Source: Lactobacillus johnsonii
GTDB taxonomy: Bacteria > Bacillota > Bacilli > Lactobacillales > Lactobacillaceae
Reading direction: 5' to 3'
Assembly (NCBI GenBank): GCA_949888035.1
Contig: CATLCE010000003.1
Span: 41,084 to 105,083 of the forward strand
DNA length: 64,000 nt
A program made the translations under genes and the position numbers. Shown here piece by piece: positions 30,002 to 40,594 of this stretch. The notes under the pieces are model-generated. The model had not been told where the DNA came from, did no database searches, and worked only from the letters and a program-made list of their open reading frames with translations. The number at the start of each line of letters is the position of its first letter. The first letter of the stretch is position 1.

Positions 30002-32299
30002 ATGACTAAAGAAATTAGTGAAAAGCAACGTGAACAACAGCATCTTGATCACGTTTTGGACTTAATTAATGATAAAGAAAAGGAATTAAAGAGCTCTATT
30101 AAGTCCGCAGAAGGCGAAGCTCGAGACATTAATTCGCATTTCTTTGATGATGTAAAACTTGATTACGATGGATATTCTACCTCCATGGAAACTGCGCTTT
30201 CCATTCATCAACAACAGCAGCTTTTAAGCGAACGTGAACATGCTTGGCAACATTCGGCTAAACAACTTGATACTATTGAACGCTTAAAAAAGAAGCCTTA
30301 TTTTGCGCGGGTTGATTTTAAGGAAAGTAACGAAAAAAAGCCGGAAACTATCTATATTGGCTTAGGATCTTTTGCGGATCGCGATGATCATTTTTTGATT
30401 TATGATTGGCGTGCACCTATTTCGTCCATTTATTATGATGGCAAATTAGGTGAAGTGTCTTATAACTCACCTGAAGGTGAAATTACAGTCGATATGACTA
30501 AAAAGCGCCAATTTATGATTAAAGATGGCAAAATTGAAAGCATGTTTGATACTAATGAATCAATTGGCGATCAAATGCTTTTAGAAGTTTTATCGGAAAA
30601 GTCTAGCACCCAAATGAAGTCGATTGTAACGACGATCCAACAGGAACAGAATAAGATTATTCGTAATACAAGTGCGGATTTATTATTTGTTCAAGGGGCA
30701 GCTGGTTCGGGTAAAACTAGTGCCATTTTGCAACGAATTGCTTATTTGCTTTATCGTTACCGTGGGAATTTGACCTCTAGTGACGTGATTATGTTTAGTC
30801 CTAATCAGCTGTTCAATGACTATATAAAGAATGTTCTTCCTGAAATGGGTGAACAAAATATGGTCCAAATGACTTATTGGCAGTTTGTTTCACGACGTTT
30901 GCCAGGAATGGAAGTTGAAAGTCTATTTAAACAGTTTGAAGATCAGAATTCTGACACTAATATTAGTGCATTTAAAGACTCTGTCAACTTTTTTAACTTA
31001 GTAACTCGTTATGCTAAACACCTTAATAAGCGTGGGATGATCTTTAAGAATGTTTATTTCCGTGATAAGAAAAAGCCATATTTTGATAAAGAAAAGATCA
31101 AAGACATCTACTATTCTTTCAATGAAAACTATAAGTTAGCCAATCGAATTGATGCAACACGTGAAGAATTAATTAAGATGCTTAATCGCAAGATTGCTCC
31201 TGAAGTTAAGAAAAATTGGGTAATGCAGGCAATTGAAGGTTTAAGTCGAGATGAATTAAATGAATTATATGATCGTCCTGATCAAGAATTTGGTTCAGAA
31301 AAAGAAGAAGAGAAGTTCTTAGGGCGAAAGATTGTTGTTAAGGCGCTAAAGTCCGTTTCAAATAAAATTAACCATAATCAATTTATTAACATGCGTGCCC
31401 AATACTTAAGCTTTTTGCGTGCGGTTCCAAAGATGACAGATCTTTCTAAGTGGAATATTTCTGAAGAAGATTGGCAAAAGCACATTGAAGAAGTTAAGGA
31501 AAACTTCAAGAAACACCACATTTATATGAATGATGTTTCTGCTTATCTTTACTTGTATGACTTGATTACTGGCCGTAGAACCGATTATGAAATGCGCTAT
31601 GCTTTTATTGATGAAATTCAAGATTATACACCATTTCAACTTGCATATTTGAAGTATAATTTCCCACGTGCTAAATTCACGATGCTGGGTGACTTGAATC
31701 AGGCGATTTTTACTAAAGATGAAAGTCGTAGTTTGTTAAAACAAATTTCTGGTTTATTCGATCCTAAGAAAACTGATGTGGTGCAGCTTACTAAGTCATA
31801 TCGCTCAACTAAGGAGATTACTGACTTTACTAAACAGATTTTGCGGCAAGGTGAAAAGATTGAAGCCTTTAATCGTCGTGGTCCCAAGCCTGCATTGTGG
31901 GAAAGAAGTAATGAACAAGAAGCAATTGAGGCTTTAGTTGAAATTTTAGACAAAAATAATGAAAATCAGCGCACCACAGCTGTAATTACGAAAGATTTAG
32001 CCAGTGCCAAGCAAGTGGCTGAGCAGCTCAAGCAAAAAGGCGAAAAGGCTACTCTGATTGCCACTGCTAACCAGCGCCTTGTACCGAGCACCTTAGTTGT
32101 ACCATCATATTTAGCTAAAGGGCTAGAATTTGATGCGGTTGTAATGTGGGATGCATCAAAAGAAAATTATCATAAACTTGATGAAACTCAGCTAGTTTAT
32201 ACTATTACCTCTCGTGCGATGTATGAACTTGACATTATTTATATTGGAGAAAAAAGTCCTCTTTTAGATGTTGATTCTGACACTTATGTTGAAAAATAA
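30002..32299 (+). CDS. helD: RNA polymerase recycling motor HelD
   Basis: PYFARVDF, DWRAPISS, GAAGSGKT, IDEIQD and KGLEFD motifs. Confidence 0.92.
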   Translation: MTKEISEKQREQQHLDHVLDLINDKEKELKSSIKSAEGEARDINSHFFDDVKLDYDGYSTSMETALSIHQQQQLLSEREHAWQHSAKQLDTIERLKKKPYFARVDFKESNEKKPETIYIGLGSFADRDDHFLIYDWRAPISSIYYDGKLGEVSYNSPEGEITVDMTKKRQFMIKDGKIESMFDTNESIGDQMLLEVLSEKSSTQMKSIVTTIQQEQNKIIRNTSADLLFVQGAAGSGKTSAILQRIAYLLYRYRGNLTSSDVIMFSPNQLFNDYIKNVLPEMGEQNMVQMTYWQFVSRRLPGMEVESLFKQFEDQNSDTNISAFKDSVNFFNLVTRYAKHLNKRGMIFKNVYFRDKKKPYFDKEKIKDIYYSFNENYKLANRIDATREELIKMLNRKIAPEVKKNWVMQAIEGLSRDELNELYDRPDQEFGSEKEEEKFLGRKIVVKALKSVSNKINHNQFINMRAQYLSFLRAVPKMTDLSKWNISEEDWQKHIEEVKENFKKHHIYMNDVSAYLYLYDLITGRRTDYEMRYAFIDEIQDYTPFQLAYLKYNFPRAKFTMLGDLNQAIFTKDESRSLLKQISGLFDPKKTDVVQLTKSYRSTKEITDFTKQILRQGEKIEAFNRRGPKPALWERSNEQEAIEALVEILDKNNENQRTTAVITKDLASAKQVAEQLKQKGEKATLIATANQRLVPSTLVVPSYLAKGLEFDAVVMWDASKENYHKLDETQLVYTITSRAMYELDIIYIGEKSPLLDVDSDTYVEK

Positions 32300-32339
32300 T
32301 GTTGACAAAAAAATTAACATCGGTTAACATTTTAGAAAA

Positions 32340-32710
32340 TAAAAGACGTAGAGCAGAATAAGTAATTTAGATGACGCTGATAGAGAATCTTTGATGGTGG
32401 AAATAAGATAGCAATTTAAATGAAAACACATCTGTGAGTTGGTTTCTTGAAACTCAGTAGAGAGATCCGGGATTTAGCCCGTTACAGCTGAAGGTTTATT
32501 AGTAAACTTATTAAGGCAATTAATGTGAGTTAATTGTGAAGATGAGGTGGAACCGCGGATTTCTTCGCCCTCTTAGGTCCTTGAGACCTAGGAGGGTTTT
32601 ATTTTTGCTAATAAACCTGACGAGGTAGACGACGTGAGTTGTCTATAAAGATGAGGTGGAACCACGGATATTTCGTCCTCTTGGAGTAATCCAAGAGGAC
32701 CTTTTTTATT
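32340..32710 (+). promoter_or_regulatory. T-box riboswitch with duplicated antiterminator/terminator; promoter TTGACA-17-TAACAT at 32302-32330
   Basis: AGTA, AGAGA and GAA boxes; CCGTTA; GAGGTGGAACCGCGG (32544-32558) and GAGGTGGAACCACGG (32653-32667), each followed by a terminator. Confidence 0.9.
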
Positions 32711-32729
32711 AGGAAAAGTAGGTGCGAGG

Positions 32730-33371
32730 ATGAATTATATTAGTGAAATTATGCCAGCTCTTTTAGCTGGAACTTGGATGACATTGAAAGTTTTCTTTTG
32801 GACGCTGGTTTTAGCGATGCCATTGGGAGTTTTGGTTTCTTTAGGGGAAATGAGCAACATTAAACCTTTAAAGTGGCTAGTAGAATTCTATGTTTGGATT
32901 ATGCGTGGGACGCCACTTTTGTTGCAACTTATTTTTGTTTTTTATGGCTTACCAATTATTGGGATTGTCTTTCCAAGATATGAAGCTGCCCTTTTTGCTT
33001 TTGTGCTTAATTATGCTGCATACTTTGCAGAAATTTTCCGTGGTGGCTTGCAATCGATTAGTGAAGGACAATTTGAAGCAGCGCAAGTTTTACGACTTAG
33101 TCGTTTTCAAACTATGACGCACATCATTATTCCCCAGGTAATAAAAATTGTTTTGCCATCAATTGGAAATGAAGTTATTAATTTGATCAAAGATTCCTCT
33201 CTGGTTTATGTCATTGGATTAGGAGATTTGTTAAGAGCTGGAAATGTAGCGATGGCGCGAGATGTAACTTTAGTTCCGCTTGTATTAGTAGGAGTAATTT
33301 ACTTATTCTTGATTAGTTTGTGTGCTTTTGTTCAAAAGAAGATTGAAAAATACTTTAGTTACTACAGATAA
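32730..33371 (+). CDS. Polar amino acid ABC permease
   Basis: RGTPLLLQL, AEIFRGG and GQFEAA motifs. Confidence 0.93.
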   Translation: MNYISEIMPALLAGTWMTLKVFFWTLVLAMPLGVLVSLGEMSNIKPLKWLVEFYVWIMRGTPLLLQLIFVFYGLPIIGIVFPRYEAALFAFVLNYAAYFAEIFRGGLQSISEGQFEAAQVLRLSRFQTMTHIIIPQVIKIVLPSIGNEVINLIKDSSLVYVIGLGDLLRAGNVAMARDVTLVPLVLVGVIYLFLISLCAFVQKKIEKYFSYYR

Positions 33372-33377
33372 GGAGGA

Positions 33378-34004
33378 ATGGCAATGCTTGAAGTTAAGAA
33401 TTTATGCAAGGAATTTAATGGACGTCCGATTTTAAAGGATATTTCCTTTACTTTAAAAGACGGCGAAATCATGACGATTGTTGGCCCTTCTGGTGCCGGA
33501 AAAACCACTTTACTTAGAATTATCGCGGGGCTTGAAACTCAAAATAGTGGTGAAATTTTAATTGATAATAAAAAATATGACTGCGGTAAAGTGGGCGTCG
33601 TTTTTCAGGATTTCAACCTTTTTCCTAATTTGAGCGTTTTACAAAATGTAACCCTCGCTCCAAGATTAGTTTTAAAAGAAAGCGATAATGAAGCTGATCA
33701 AAACGCTAAAGATTGGCTTGAAAAATTACAAATGCATGGCCATGAAAATCAGTATCCATTCCAGTTATCTGGGGGACAAAAACAGCGGGTCGCAATCGCA
33801 CGTGCTTTAGCAATGAAACCAAAAATTCTTTGTTATGATGAACCCACAAGTGCCCTTGATCCTAATTTGCGTCAAGAAGTAGAGAAAATAATCTTAAATT
33901 TGAAAAAAACAGGCTTAACACAATTAATCATTACTCACGATTTAACTTTTGCAAAAAATGTGGCGGATCAGGTACTTAAGATAAAACCGTTAAATGAGGG
34001 CTAG
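33378..34004 (+). CDS. Polar amino acid ABC ATP-binding protein
   Basis: GPSGAGKT, LSGGQKQR and DEPTSALDP motifs. Confidence 0.93.
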   Translation: MAMLEVKNLCKEFNGRPILKDISFTLKDGEIMTIVGPSGAGKTTLLRIIAGLETQNSGEILIDNKKYDCGKVGVVFQDFNLFPNLSVLQNVTLAPRLVLKESDNEADQNAKDWLEKLQMHGHENQYPFQLSGGQKQRVAIARALAMKPKILCYDEPTSALDPNLRQEVEKIILNLKKTGLTQLIITHDLTFAKNVADQVLKIKPLNEG

Positions 34005-34007
34005 CCT

Positions 34008-34820
34008 ATGAAAAAAATTTGGATGATTATCCTCCCCTTTCTTTTGTTAGGGTTGACGGGATGTGAAAGTGTACAAAAAAGAGCTAATACTCAAGATACT
34101 TGGTCAAAAATTGAAAAAAAGAAGCAAGTGGTGGTAGGACTAGATGATTCTTTTGTGCCCATGGGTTTTGTGAAAAAGAATGGTCAACTTACCGGATATG
34201 ACGTTGATTTAGCCAGAGAGGTGTTTAAGCAATATGGAATCAAAGTTAGTTTTCAAACAATTGACTGGTCAATGAACGTTACTGAGCTATGCAACGGTAC
34301 AATTGATTTGATTTGGAATGGTTATAGCGAAACGCCTCAAAGAAAAGAAAAAGTTGCCTTTAGTCGCCCATATTTACGCAATGAACAAGTTTTGGTTGTA
34401 AAGAGGAATAGTCCTATTCATAATTTTAGTCAGATGAAGAATTATGATTTAGGGATGCAAACTGGTTCGACAGCGCAGCAGTGGTATGAAGGAAAGCAAA
34501 ACGTTATCCATGCTAAAAATGTTGTTCTTTATGATCAAATTCCAAATTCTTTTTTGGACTTGAATGCTGGTAGAATTAAGGGAATTTTACTTGATGAAGT
34601 TTATGCCAACTACTACATTGCTCATATGACTAAGGGAAATTATCGGGTAATTGAAAATCCGAAAGTCCCAGCTGATATGTTTGCAGTAGGGATGCGTAAA
34701 GGGGATAAAACTTTACGTGAAAAGATCAATCAAGGTTTAATTAATTTGCAGAAAAATGGCAAATTAAAAGAACTAAATGAAAAATGGTTTAGCAAAAATA
34801 GCAATTATTTAGGTGAGTAA
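34008..34820 (+). CDS. Amino acid ABC substrate-binding lipoprotein
   Basis: Lipobox LTGC; DDSFVPMGF and GYDVDLA motifs. Confidence 0.92.
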   Translation: MKKIWMIILPFLLLGLTGCESVQKRANTQDTWSKIEKKKQVVVGLDDSFVPMGFVKKNGQLTGYDVDLAREVFKQYGIKVSFQTIDWSMNVTELCNGTIDLIWNGYSETPQRKEKVAFSRPYLRNEQVLVVKRNSPIHNFSQMKNYDLGMQTGSTAQQWYEGKQNVIHAKNVVLYDQIPNSFLDLNAGRIKGILLDEVYANYYIAHMTKGNYRVIENPKVPADMFAVGMRKGDKTLREKINQGLINLQKNGKLKELNEKWFSKNSNYLGE

Positions 34821-35277
34821 AATGGAAAAGATAAACGAATTCTTTTTTAAAAAAGTTGACGAAATGAGTGGGCGTGAACTCTTTTGTGTAGAAAGATTAC
34901 GCATTAATTCCTTTGTAGTGGAACAAAAAATCACTCTTCCCGAACTAGATGATACTGATCTAGTTGCGACTCAAGTTTATTTATTAAATGATGATCAAAC
35001 TTGTGCTTTGGCAACTTGCCGCGTCTTTAAGAAAGATGGCAAGTGGATGTTTGGACGCGTTGCTGTAGATAAAGATACCCGGGGCCAACACTTAGGGGCT
35101 AAAATGATGAAAAGTGTGCACCAGTTCTTAATAAACCAAGGAGCCGATCGCGTCTATTGTCATGCACAAATGCAAGCGAAGCCATTTTATGATTATTTAG
35201 GCTATGAAACCGAAGGCGACATCTTTGATGAAGGTGGCGTCAAACATGTAATGATGTATTACAAACTAAAAAAGTAG
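34813..35277 (+). CDS. GNAT acetyltransferase (ElaA-like)
   Basis: LR..FVVEQ, GRVAV..RGQHLG and HAQ motifs. Confidence 0.87.
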   Translation: MSKMEKINEFFFKKVDEMSGRELFCVERLRINSFVVEQKITLPELDDTDLVATQVYLLNDDQTCALATCRVFKKDGKWMFGRVAVDKDTRGQHLGAKMMKSVHQFLINQGADRVYCHAQMQAKPFYDYLGYETEGDIFDEGGVKHVMMYYKLKK

Positions 35278-35287
35278 GATAACGATC

Positions 35288-35857
35288 CTACTTAAGATTA
35301 AGTTTTTTCTTAATACTTGGTACAATGGAATTAACTAAGAAGGCATTTCCTCTTGCAGTAAGGTGTTGACCATCTGCTTGATAAAGTGGGGAGATGTCTT
35401 TTTGCTTTTTAAAACTAGCAATTAAATCTGCGAATGGAGCATTATTAAGCTCAGCACAAGTTTTTGCTACTTGGTTAAAGGCATTTAGATGATCTGCTGG
35501 GTAAAATTGATTGATTTCGACATTGTTAGGATCAGGTAAACTTGGACCAACTACGATTACGCGCTTCCTTCCAATTTGATTAATCATAGAGAGCAAATTA
35601 TATTGATAGTTTTCTAAACTGAGTCCCCAACCCGTTGAAGAATCATTGGTGCCATATTCGATAACTACTAGATCAGCTCCTGGATCAATTTGATGAATAT
35701 AGTCCAATCCTTCAACGGTTGTTGCTCCACTTTTAGAAATATTATCGATATTTGTATTTGGTAAAGCGGCTTTGAATAAATCGGTAACGATAGCAGTGTT
35801 TTGATGGTTAGTAAAACCATTAAAAAGTGAATCCCCGAATAAAACTATTTTTTTCAT
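35288..35857 (-). CDS. SGNH/GDSL hydrolase
   Basis: FGDSL, GTND and DGQH motifs. Confidence 0.9.
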   Translation of the reverse strand: MKKIVLFGDSLFNGFTNHQNTAIVTDLFKAALPNTNIDNISKSGATTVEGLDYIHQIDPGADLVVIEYGTNDSSTGWGLSLENYQYNLLSMINQIGRKRVIVVGPSLPDPNNVEINQFYPADHLNAFNQVAKTCAELNNAPFADLIASFKKQKDISPLYQADGQHLTARGNAFLVNSIVPSIKKKLNLK

Positions 35858-35910
35858 ATTTTTTCTCCTTTCTTTTATAATAAGATAAGAATTAACAAAG
35901 AGGAAAAATT

Positions 35911-36825
35911 ATGAAGAATTATACAGCTTTTAATCGAGATGAATGGGCAAAACTTGCTCCCAAAAATAAAGTTGAGATTACTCAGGAAGAGTTAGCTAAT
36001 ATTAAATCTTTGGGGGATGTAGTTGATTTAACGGATGTGCATGAAATTTACACCACTTTAATTAGTTATTTGCATCTAGTATATAAAGAAAAGCGAAGCG
36101 GTCAAGCAAAACAAAGAGAATTTTTGCATAGGGATCTAAAACCTGCACCTTTTATTATTGGGATTTCTGGATCTGTAGCGGTCGGTAAATCTACTACTGC
36201 ACGACTTCTACAACTATTGCTTAGTAGAACTTATCCAGAATTAAACGTACATCTAATGACTACCGATGGTTTTATTTATCCTAATGCTGAATTGAAAAGA
36301 AGAAACCTGATGTCACGTAAAGGATTTCCGGAAAGTTATGATATGGCCTTGTTGACCGATTTTTTAAAAGATGTCTTGAGTGGCAAAGATGATATTGTAT
36401 ATCCACTTTATTCGCAAGAATTAAGCGATATAGTTCCTGGGAAATATGGTCATGTTCAAAATCCTGATATTTTAATTATTGAAGGGATCAATACTTTACA
36501 GCTCCCTCGCGGAGGACAAGTAGTGACGAGTGATTACTTTGATTTTTCACTTTATATTGATGCCGAGGAAAACATAATTGAAAAATGGTATATGCAGCGT
36601 TTTTATAAAGTAATGGATATGAATAAGAATAATCCAGATAATTACTATTATGAGCTTGCGAATGCTCCTCGTGAAGAAGCAACTAAGTTTGCCGAAGAAA
36701 CTTGGCAGATGATCAATCTAGTTAATTTAAGAGAGTATATTGCGCCGACTAAACAACGAGCTAGTTTGATTTTACATAAAACTACTGGACATTTAATTGA
36801 TCAAATTTATCTGCGTCACTTTTAG
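35911..36825 (+). CDS. coaA: Type I pantothenate kinase
   Basis: GISGSVAVGKST, TTDGF and RKGFPESYD motifs. Confidence 0.95.
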   Translation: MKNYTAFNRDEWAKLAPKNKVEITQEELANIKSLGDVVDLTDVHEIYTTLISYLHLVYKEKRSGQAKQREFLHRDLKPAPFIIGISGSVAVGKSTTARLLQLLLSRTYPELNVHLMTTDGFIYPNAELKRRNLMSRKGFPESYDMALLTDFLKDVLSGKDDIVYPLYSQELSDIVPGKYGHVQNPDILIIEGINTLQLPRGGQVVTSDYFDFSLYIDAEENIIEKWYMQRFYKVMDMNKNNPDNYYYELANAPREEATKFAEETWQMINLVNLREYIAPTKQRASLILHKTTGHLIDQIYLRHF

Positions 36826-36946
36826 TTTGGTATAATAAAATCATGAACATGATTTATTTATTATTAATTAAAAAGTTTGCTTTACCTCCAGCGCAAAATT
36901 TGGCATGCTAAAAGAAGTTGTTTTGTGATGAAGGAGATTTAAAAAA

Positions 36947-37522
36947 ATGGTACAAGCAATTAATTTGAAAAAGGGAATGGTCTTCAGTCAAGAAGGCAAG
37001 TTAATTATGGTTTTAAAGGCTAACCACCATAAGCCTGGTAAGGGTAACACCGTTATGCAAATGGATTTGCGCGATGTTAAAAGTGGTGCGGTAGTTCACA
37101 AAACTATGCGTCCCACTGAAAAGGTAGATTTAGTTGAATTGGTTAAGAAGCCAGCTCAATTTCTTTATAGCGAAGGTGATATTTATACCTTTATGGATAC
37201 TGCAACTTATGACCAATATGAAGTTTCTGCAGACCAATTAGGTGACGACAAGTTATATCTTATTCCAAATACTAACGTAGATTTGGAATTCGTAAATGAT
37301 ACTGAATTGATCGGCGTTAATTTGCCAGCCACTGTTGAATTGACTGTTCAAGAAACTCAACCTGAAATTAAGGGTGCTACTGCTGCTGGTGGTGGTAAGC
37401 CAGCTACTATGGAAACTGGTTTAGTTGTTCAAGTTCCTGACTTTATTAAAGAAGGCGAAAAGTTGGTTATTAATACTGCGGAAGGTACTTACAAATCACG
37501 TGCTGATAGCCAATCAAGATAA
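36947..37522 (+). CDS. efp: Elongation factor P
   Basis: HHKPGKG and KPATMETGLVVQVPDFI motifs. Confidence 0.93.
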   Translation: MVQAINLKKGMVFSQEGKLIMVLKANHHKPGKGNTVMQMDLRDVKSGAVVHKTMRPTEKVDLVELVKKPAQFLYSEGDIYTFMDTATYDQYEVSADQLGDDKLYLIPNTNVDLEFVNDTELIGVNLPATVELTVQETQPEIKGATAAGGGKPATMETGLVVQVPDFIKEGEKLVINTAEGTYKSRADSQSR

Positions 37523-37557
37523 ACTAAAAAGACGAGATCGTTGTGGATCTCGTCTTT

Positions 37558-38151
37558 TTAGTTGTTTATTATATCTTTTGAAAGAGCATCAATTTTAACT
37601 TTTGTAACTTCATTATGGTCAACAATTTTTACCGTCCAAATTGGGTTGGTATGAGATGGAGTAACGGCTAAAGTCCATTCCCGAGCCTCTCCACCACCAA
37701 CTTTTTGGATTGCAATTTGGCTAGCTTCTTTCCTAGATACAAGCTTGTTGATTTGTAAAGTATCTTCTTCGGTGTCCGCTTCCTGATCTTCATTTCTTAA
37801 AGTAGATTGTCCTAAAATTTCTCCAGTACTGGCATTAATTTTTATAGTGCAATCTTTTTTAGTATCATAACCAACAATATCGTAAATATAGCTTTGATGT
37901 TGGATGGTTAATTTGATCTCTGTAACTTTAGCGTTAGGGTACAGACGGTGAAAGTCTTTAAGTGCTCGATTTTGACTAATTTTAATAATCGGAGCTTCTT
38001 CTTGAGCTGTAGTGGTAGAAACTTTATGAATAGAAGAAATTTTTTCTTTTTTAATCGGATAAGAATGATTAGTAGGTAAAAATTCCTTGATAGTCAGGCC
38101 AATTGCAATTCCAATGATTAAACTTGTAATTATAATTAGTGTTTTCTTCAT
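37558..38151 (-). CDS. PepSY domain protein
   Basis: Two ISxxxA..IxAxxGxI repeats; N-terminal TM. Confidence 0.8.
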   Translation of the reverse strand: MKKTLIIITSLIIGIAIGLTIKEFLPTNHSYPIKKEKISSIHKVSTTTAQEEAPIIKISQNRALKDFHRLYPNAKVTEIKLTIQHQSYIYDIVGYDTKKDCTIKINASTGEILGQSTLRNEDQEADTEEDTLQINKLVSRKEASQIAIQKVGGGEAREWTLAVTPSHTNPIWTVKIVDHNEVTKVKIDALSKDIINN

Positions 38152-38233
38152 ATTACTCTCAATTCTAAATCTGATACACTTTCTATAAGCTATATTATAT
38201 CTAGAATTGATAGAAAATTACCACTAATATGCA

Positions 38234-38617
38234 CTAAAGAAAAAGTAAAATTAAAGCAATCAGTGCAGGTAACATTTGGACAAAAAATATTTTCTTGGTA
38301 GCAGTGAATCCACCAAAAGCTCCTACGACAATGATGAAAAGCATTAATAATTGCCAAACGTGAATTAAGACGGCAGGATTATTTGAAAATACAAAATAAG
38401 AAAGTAAGATAGTGATTCCCAACATTCCATTGTAAATTCCTTGATTAGCCATAGAGATGCGAGTTTCCTGTTTTTTAACATATTCCAGGGGCATATCAAA
38501 CATATTGGCTTGCTTTTCTGGAGACGCAAAGATTTCCAAGCCACAGATTACAATATGTTCTAATGCAATTAACATTACTAAAAAAACTGAGATTAAAAAT
38601 ATAGTATTATTTTCCAT
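38234..38617 (-). CDS. DUF1304 membrane protein
   Basis: ALEH and ANQGIYNG motifs. Confidence 0.82.
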   Translation of the reverse strand: MENNTIFLISVFLVMLIALEHIVICGLEIFASPEKQANMFDMPLEYVKKQETRISMANQGIYNGMLGITILLSYFVFSNNPAVLIHVWQLLMLFIIVVGAFGGFTATKKIFFVQMLPALIALILLFL

Positions 38618-38680
38618 AAATTTTTCCTCCTCTCCTTAAATATTACCTTATTCAGAAAGGAACTTCTATCATTATATTTT

Positions 38681-38698
38681 TTGTTGCATTTACGACAA
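38681..38698. promoter_or_regulatory. Probable MarR operator between the divergent DUF1304 and marR genes
   Basis: Imperfect palindrome TTGTTGCA-TT-TACGACAA. Confidence 0.55.
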
Positions 38699-38731
38699 AA
38701 ACATATTAAACTTTGATAAGTGAGGTTAGTT

Positions 38732-39187
38732 ATGGAAGAAGATACTTTAAGAAAAATTGGCACAATTTCAAGGGCTCTAGATTCAATTGCCAACATTGAA
38801 TTCAAGCAGATGAAACTCACTCGAGGTCAATATTTATACTTAGTAAGAATTTATGAAAATCCAGGAATGATTTCAGACCATATTGCAGAAATTTTGAGTG
38901 TGGATAGAACAACAGTTGCTCGGAGCATTCAAAAATTAGAGAGACAAGAATTGGTAGTGAAAAAGTCAGATCCTAATAATAAAAAGATTCGTCATTTATT
39001 TGTGACTGAAAAAGGAAAAAAGTTAGCTCAAATAATTGAAAAAGAGAATAGTTTCTCGAATCAAATGGCACTAAGTGGACTAAATCAAAGTGAAAGAAAG
39101 CAGTTAAATAAATTACTCAGTAAAGTTGAACAAAATGTAGATCAAAATTGGCATTTTGTTAAAAATGGTGGAAAGAGAGAATATTGA
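38732..39187 (+). CDS. MarR-family regulator
   Basis: LTRGQYLYL, VDRTTVARSIQKLE and VTEKG motifs. Confidence 0.9.
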   Translation: MEEDTLRKIGTISRALDSIANIEFKQMKLTRGQYLYLVRIYENPGMISDHIAEILSVDRTTVARSIQKLERQELVVKKSDPNNKKIRHLFVTEKGKKLAQIIEKENSFSNQMALSGLNQSERKQLNKLLSKVEQNVDQNWHFVKNGGKREY

Positions 39188-39708
39188 TAATGGAATATAC
39201 AATTAAAGATGTAACAGAAAATGATGTAAAAGACTTGCAAGCTATTTCCCGGGAAACTTTTAAAGCTACATTTGATGAATATACTGCACCTGCCGATATG
39301 GCACGATTCTTAAAAGAAGATTATGCTACGGAAAAATTGCTCGCACAGATTAATAATTCTAATAGTCGCTTTTTCTTTTTGATGGTAAAAGACGAAGTGG
39401 CAGGTTATCTAAAAGTGAATGTCAATTCTGCCCAAACTGAAAATGTGAAACCAAACGCTCTAGAAGTAGAACGGATTTATTTGAGACAAAAGTTTCAGCA
39501 TCAAGGATTAGGACTTGTTTTAATTAAATTAGCTGAAGAAATTGCCCGTAAAGAAAATTATGATTATATTTGGCTAGGAGTTTATGAACATAATTTAATT
39601 GCTCAAAAGTTTTATAAAAAAGATGACTTCACTAGGGTGGGACAGCATGTATTTCAAGTGGGGGAAGACCCACAAATTGATTATATTTTAGCTAAAAAAT
39701 TAGATTAA
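39184..39708 (+). CDS. GNAT acetyltransferase (PaiA-like)
   Basis: EVERIY, QHQGLG and WLGVYEHN motifs. Confidence 0.88.
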   Translation: MIMEYTIKDVTENDVKDLQAISRETFKATFDEYTAPADMARFLKEDYATEKLLAQINNSNSRFFFLMVKDEVAGYLKVNVNSAQTENVKPNALEVERIYLRQKFQHQGLGLVLIKLAEEIARKENYDYIWLGVYEHNLIAQKFYKKDDFTRVGQHVFQVGEDPQIDYILAKKLD

Positions 39709-39739
39709 CTAAAAAAGCTCCATTTTGGAGCTTTTTTCT

Positions 39740-40357
39740 TTAGTCTTTTTCAACGTGCAATACTTTCTTATTAATTGCATCAATTTTAACATCGGTTTCT
39801 TTGTTAGCACTAACGACCTTAACTTCCCAAATAGTTTGATTATTGTCCTGTTCTAACTTCCATTCTTGGCTAGTACCTGTAGCATGTTTTTCAGCAATTT
39901 TACTTGCTTCTTCACGACTAATAGTTTTATCTAGGTTAATTCCTTTTTGTAAATGTTCGTCTAAATCAAGTTTTTCGGAATGAGTATTTAAAATCTTTCC
40001 AGAATTAGCATCGATATTAACTGTATATTCTTTATTCATGTCAAAGCCATCAATTTTGTAAATATACTTATTATTTTCAAGTTCTAACTCAATTTCTTTG
40101 ATTTTTTTGTCTTTAAATTGTTCATTGAACTTATTTAAAGCTTCAGACTGACTTAAGTTAATTTCTTGAGTTTTAAGCTTAGTAGTATTTTCTTTTACTG
40201 CTTTTTTAGTTTGGCTTTTAGTGGAATTTACCTTAGAACTGTTTTTAGTGGAAGAATTGCTTTGGGGGGAATCATTGTTTGAACTACATCCAGCTAGCAT
40301 AAGGGATGCTAAAGCAATTGAAGCTGTTACTTTTCCAAAAGTTGTTATTTTTGACAT
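39740..40357 (-). CDS. PepSY domain lipoprotein
   Basis: Lipobox LAGC; two PepSY repeats. Confidence 0.82.
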   Translation of the reverse strand: MSKITTFGKVTASIALASLMLAGCSSNNDSPQSNSSTKNSSKVNSTKSQTKKAVKENTTKLKTQEINLSQSEALNKFNEQFKDKKIKEIELELENNKYIYKIDGFDMNKEYTVNIDANSGKILNTHSEKLDLDEHLQKGINLDKTISREEASKIAEKHATGTSQEWKLEQDNNQTIWEVKVVSANKETDVKIDAINKKVLHVEKD

Positions 40358-40594
40358 AATACATTCTCCTATATCTACGTAAAATCGCTTACTTGTATAC
40401 ACATAATTATACATGCAAATCATATATAAATCTAAAATTTAGATAGCATTTAAATCGGTTTAGTTTTTTCTTAATAATTTAAAATTAATGATTATAACAT
40501 AATAAGCCGTTTTATTTGTGATTACTAAATATTTGTTGAATACTAAAAGTGCATACAATAATATATTTTGGACTTGAAAGAGAGATGTATTGTT

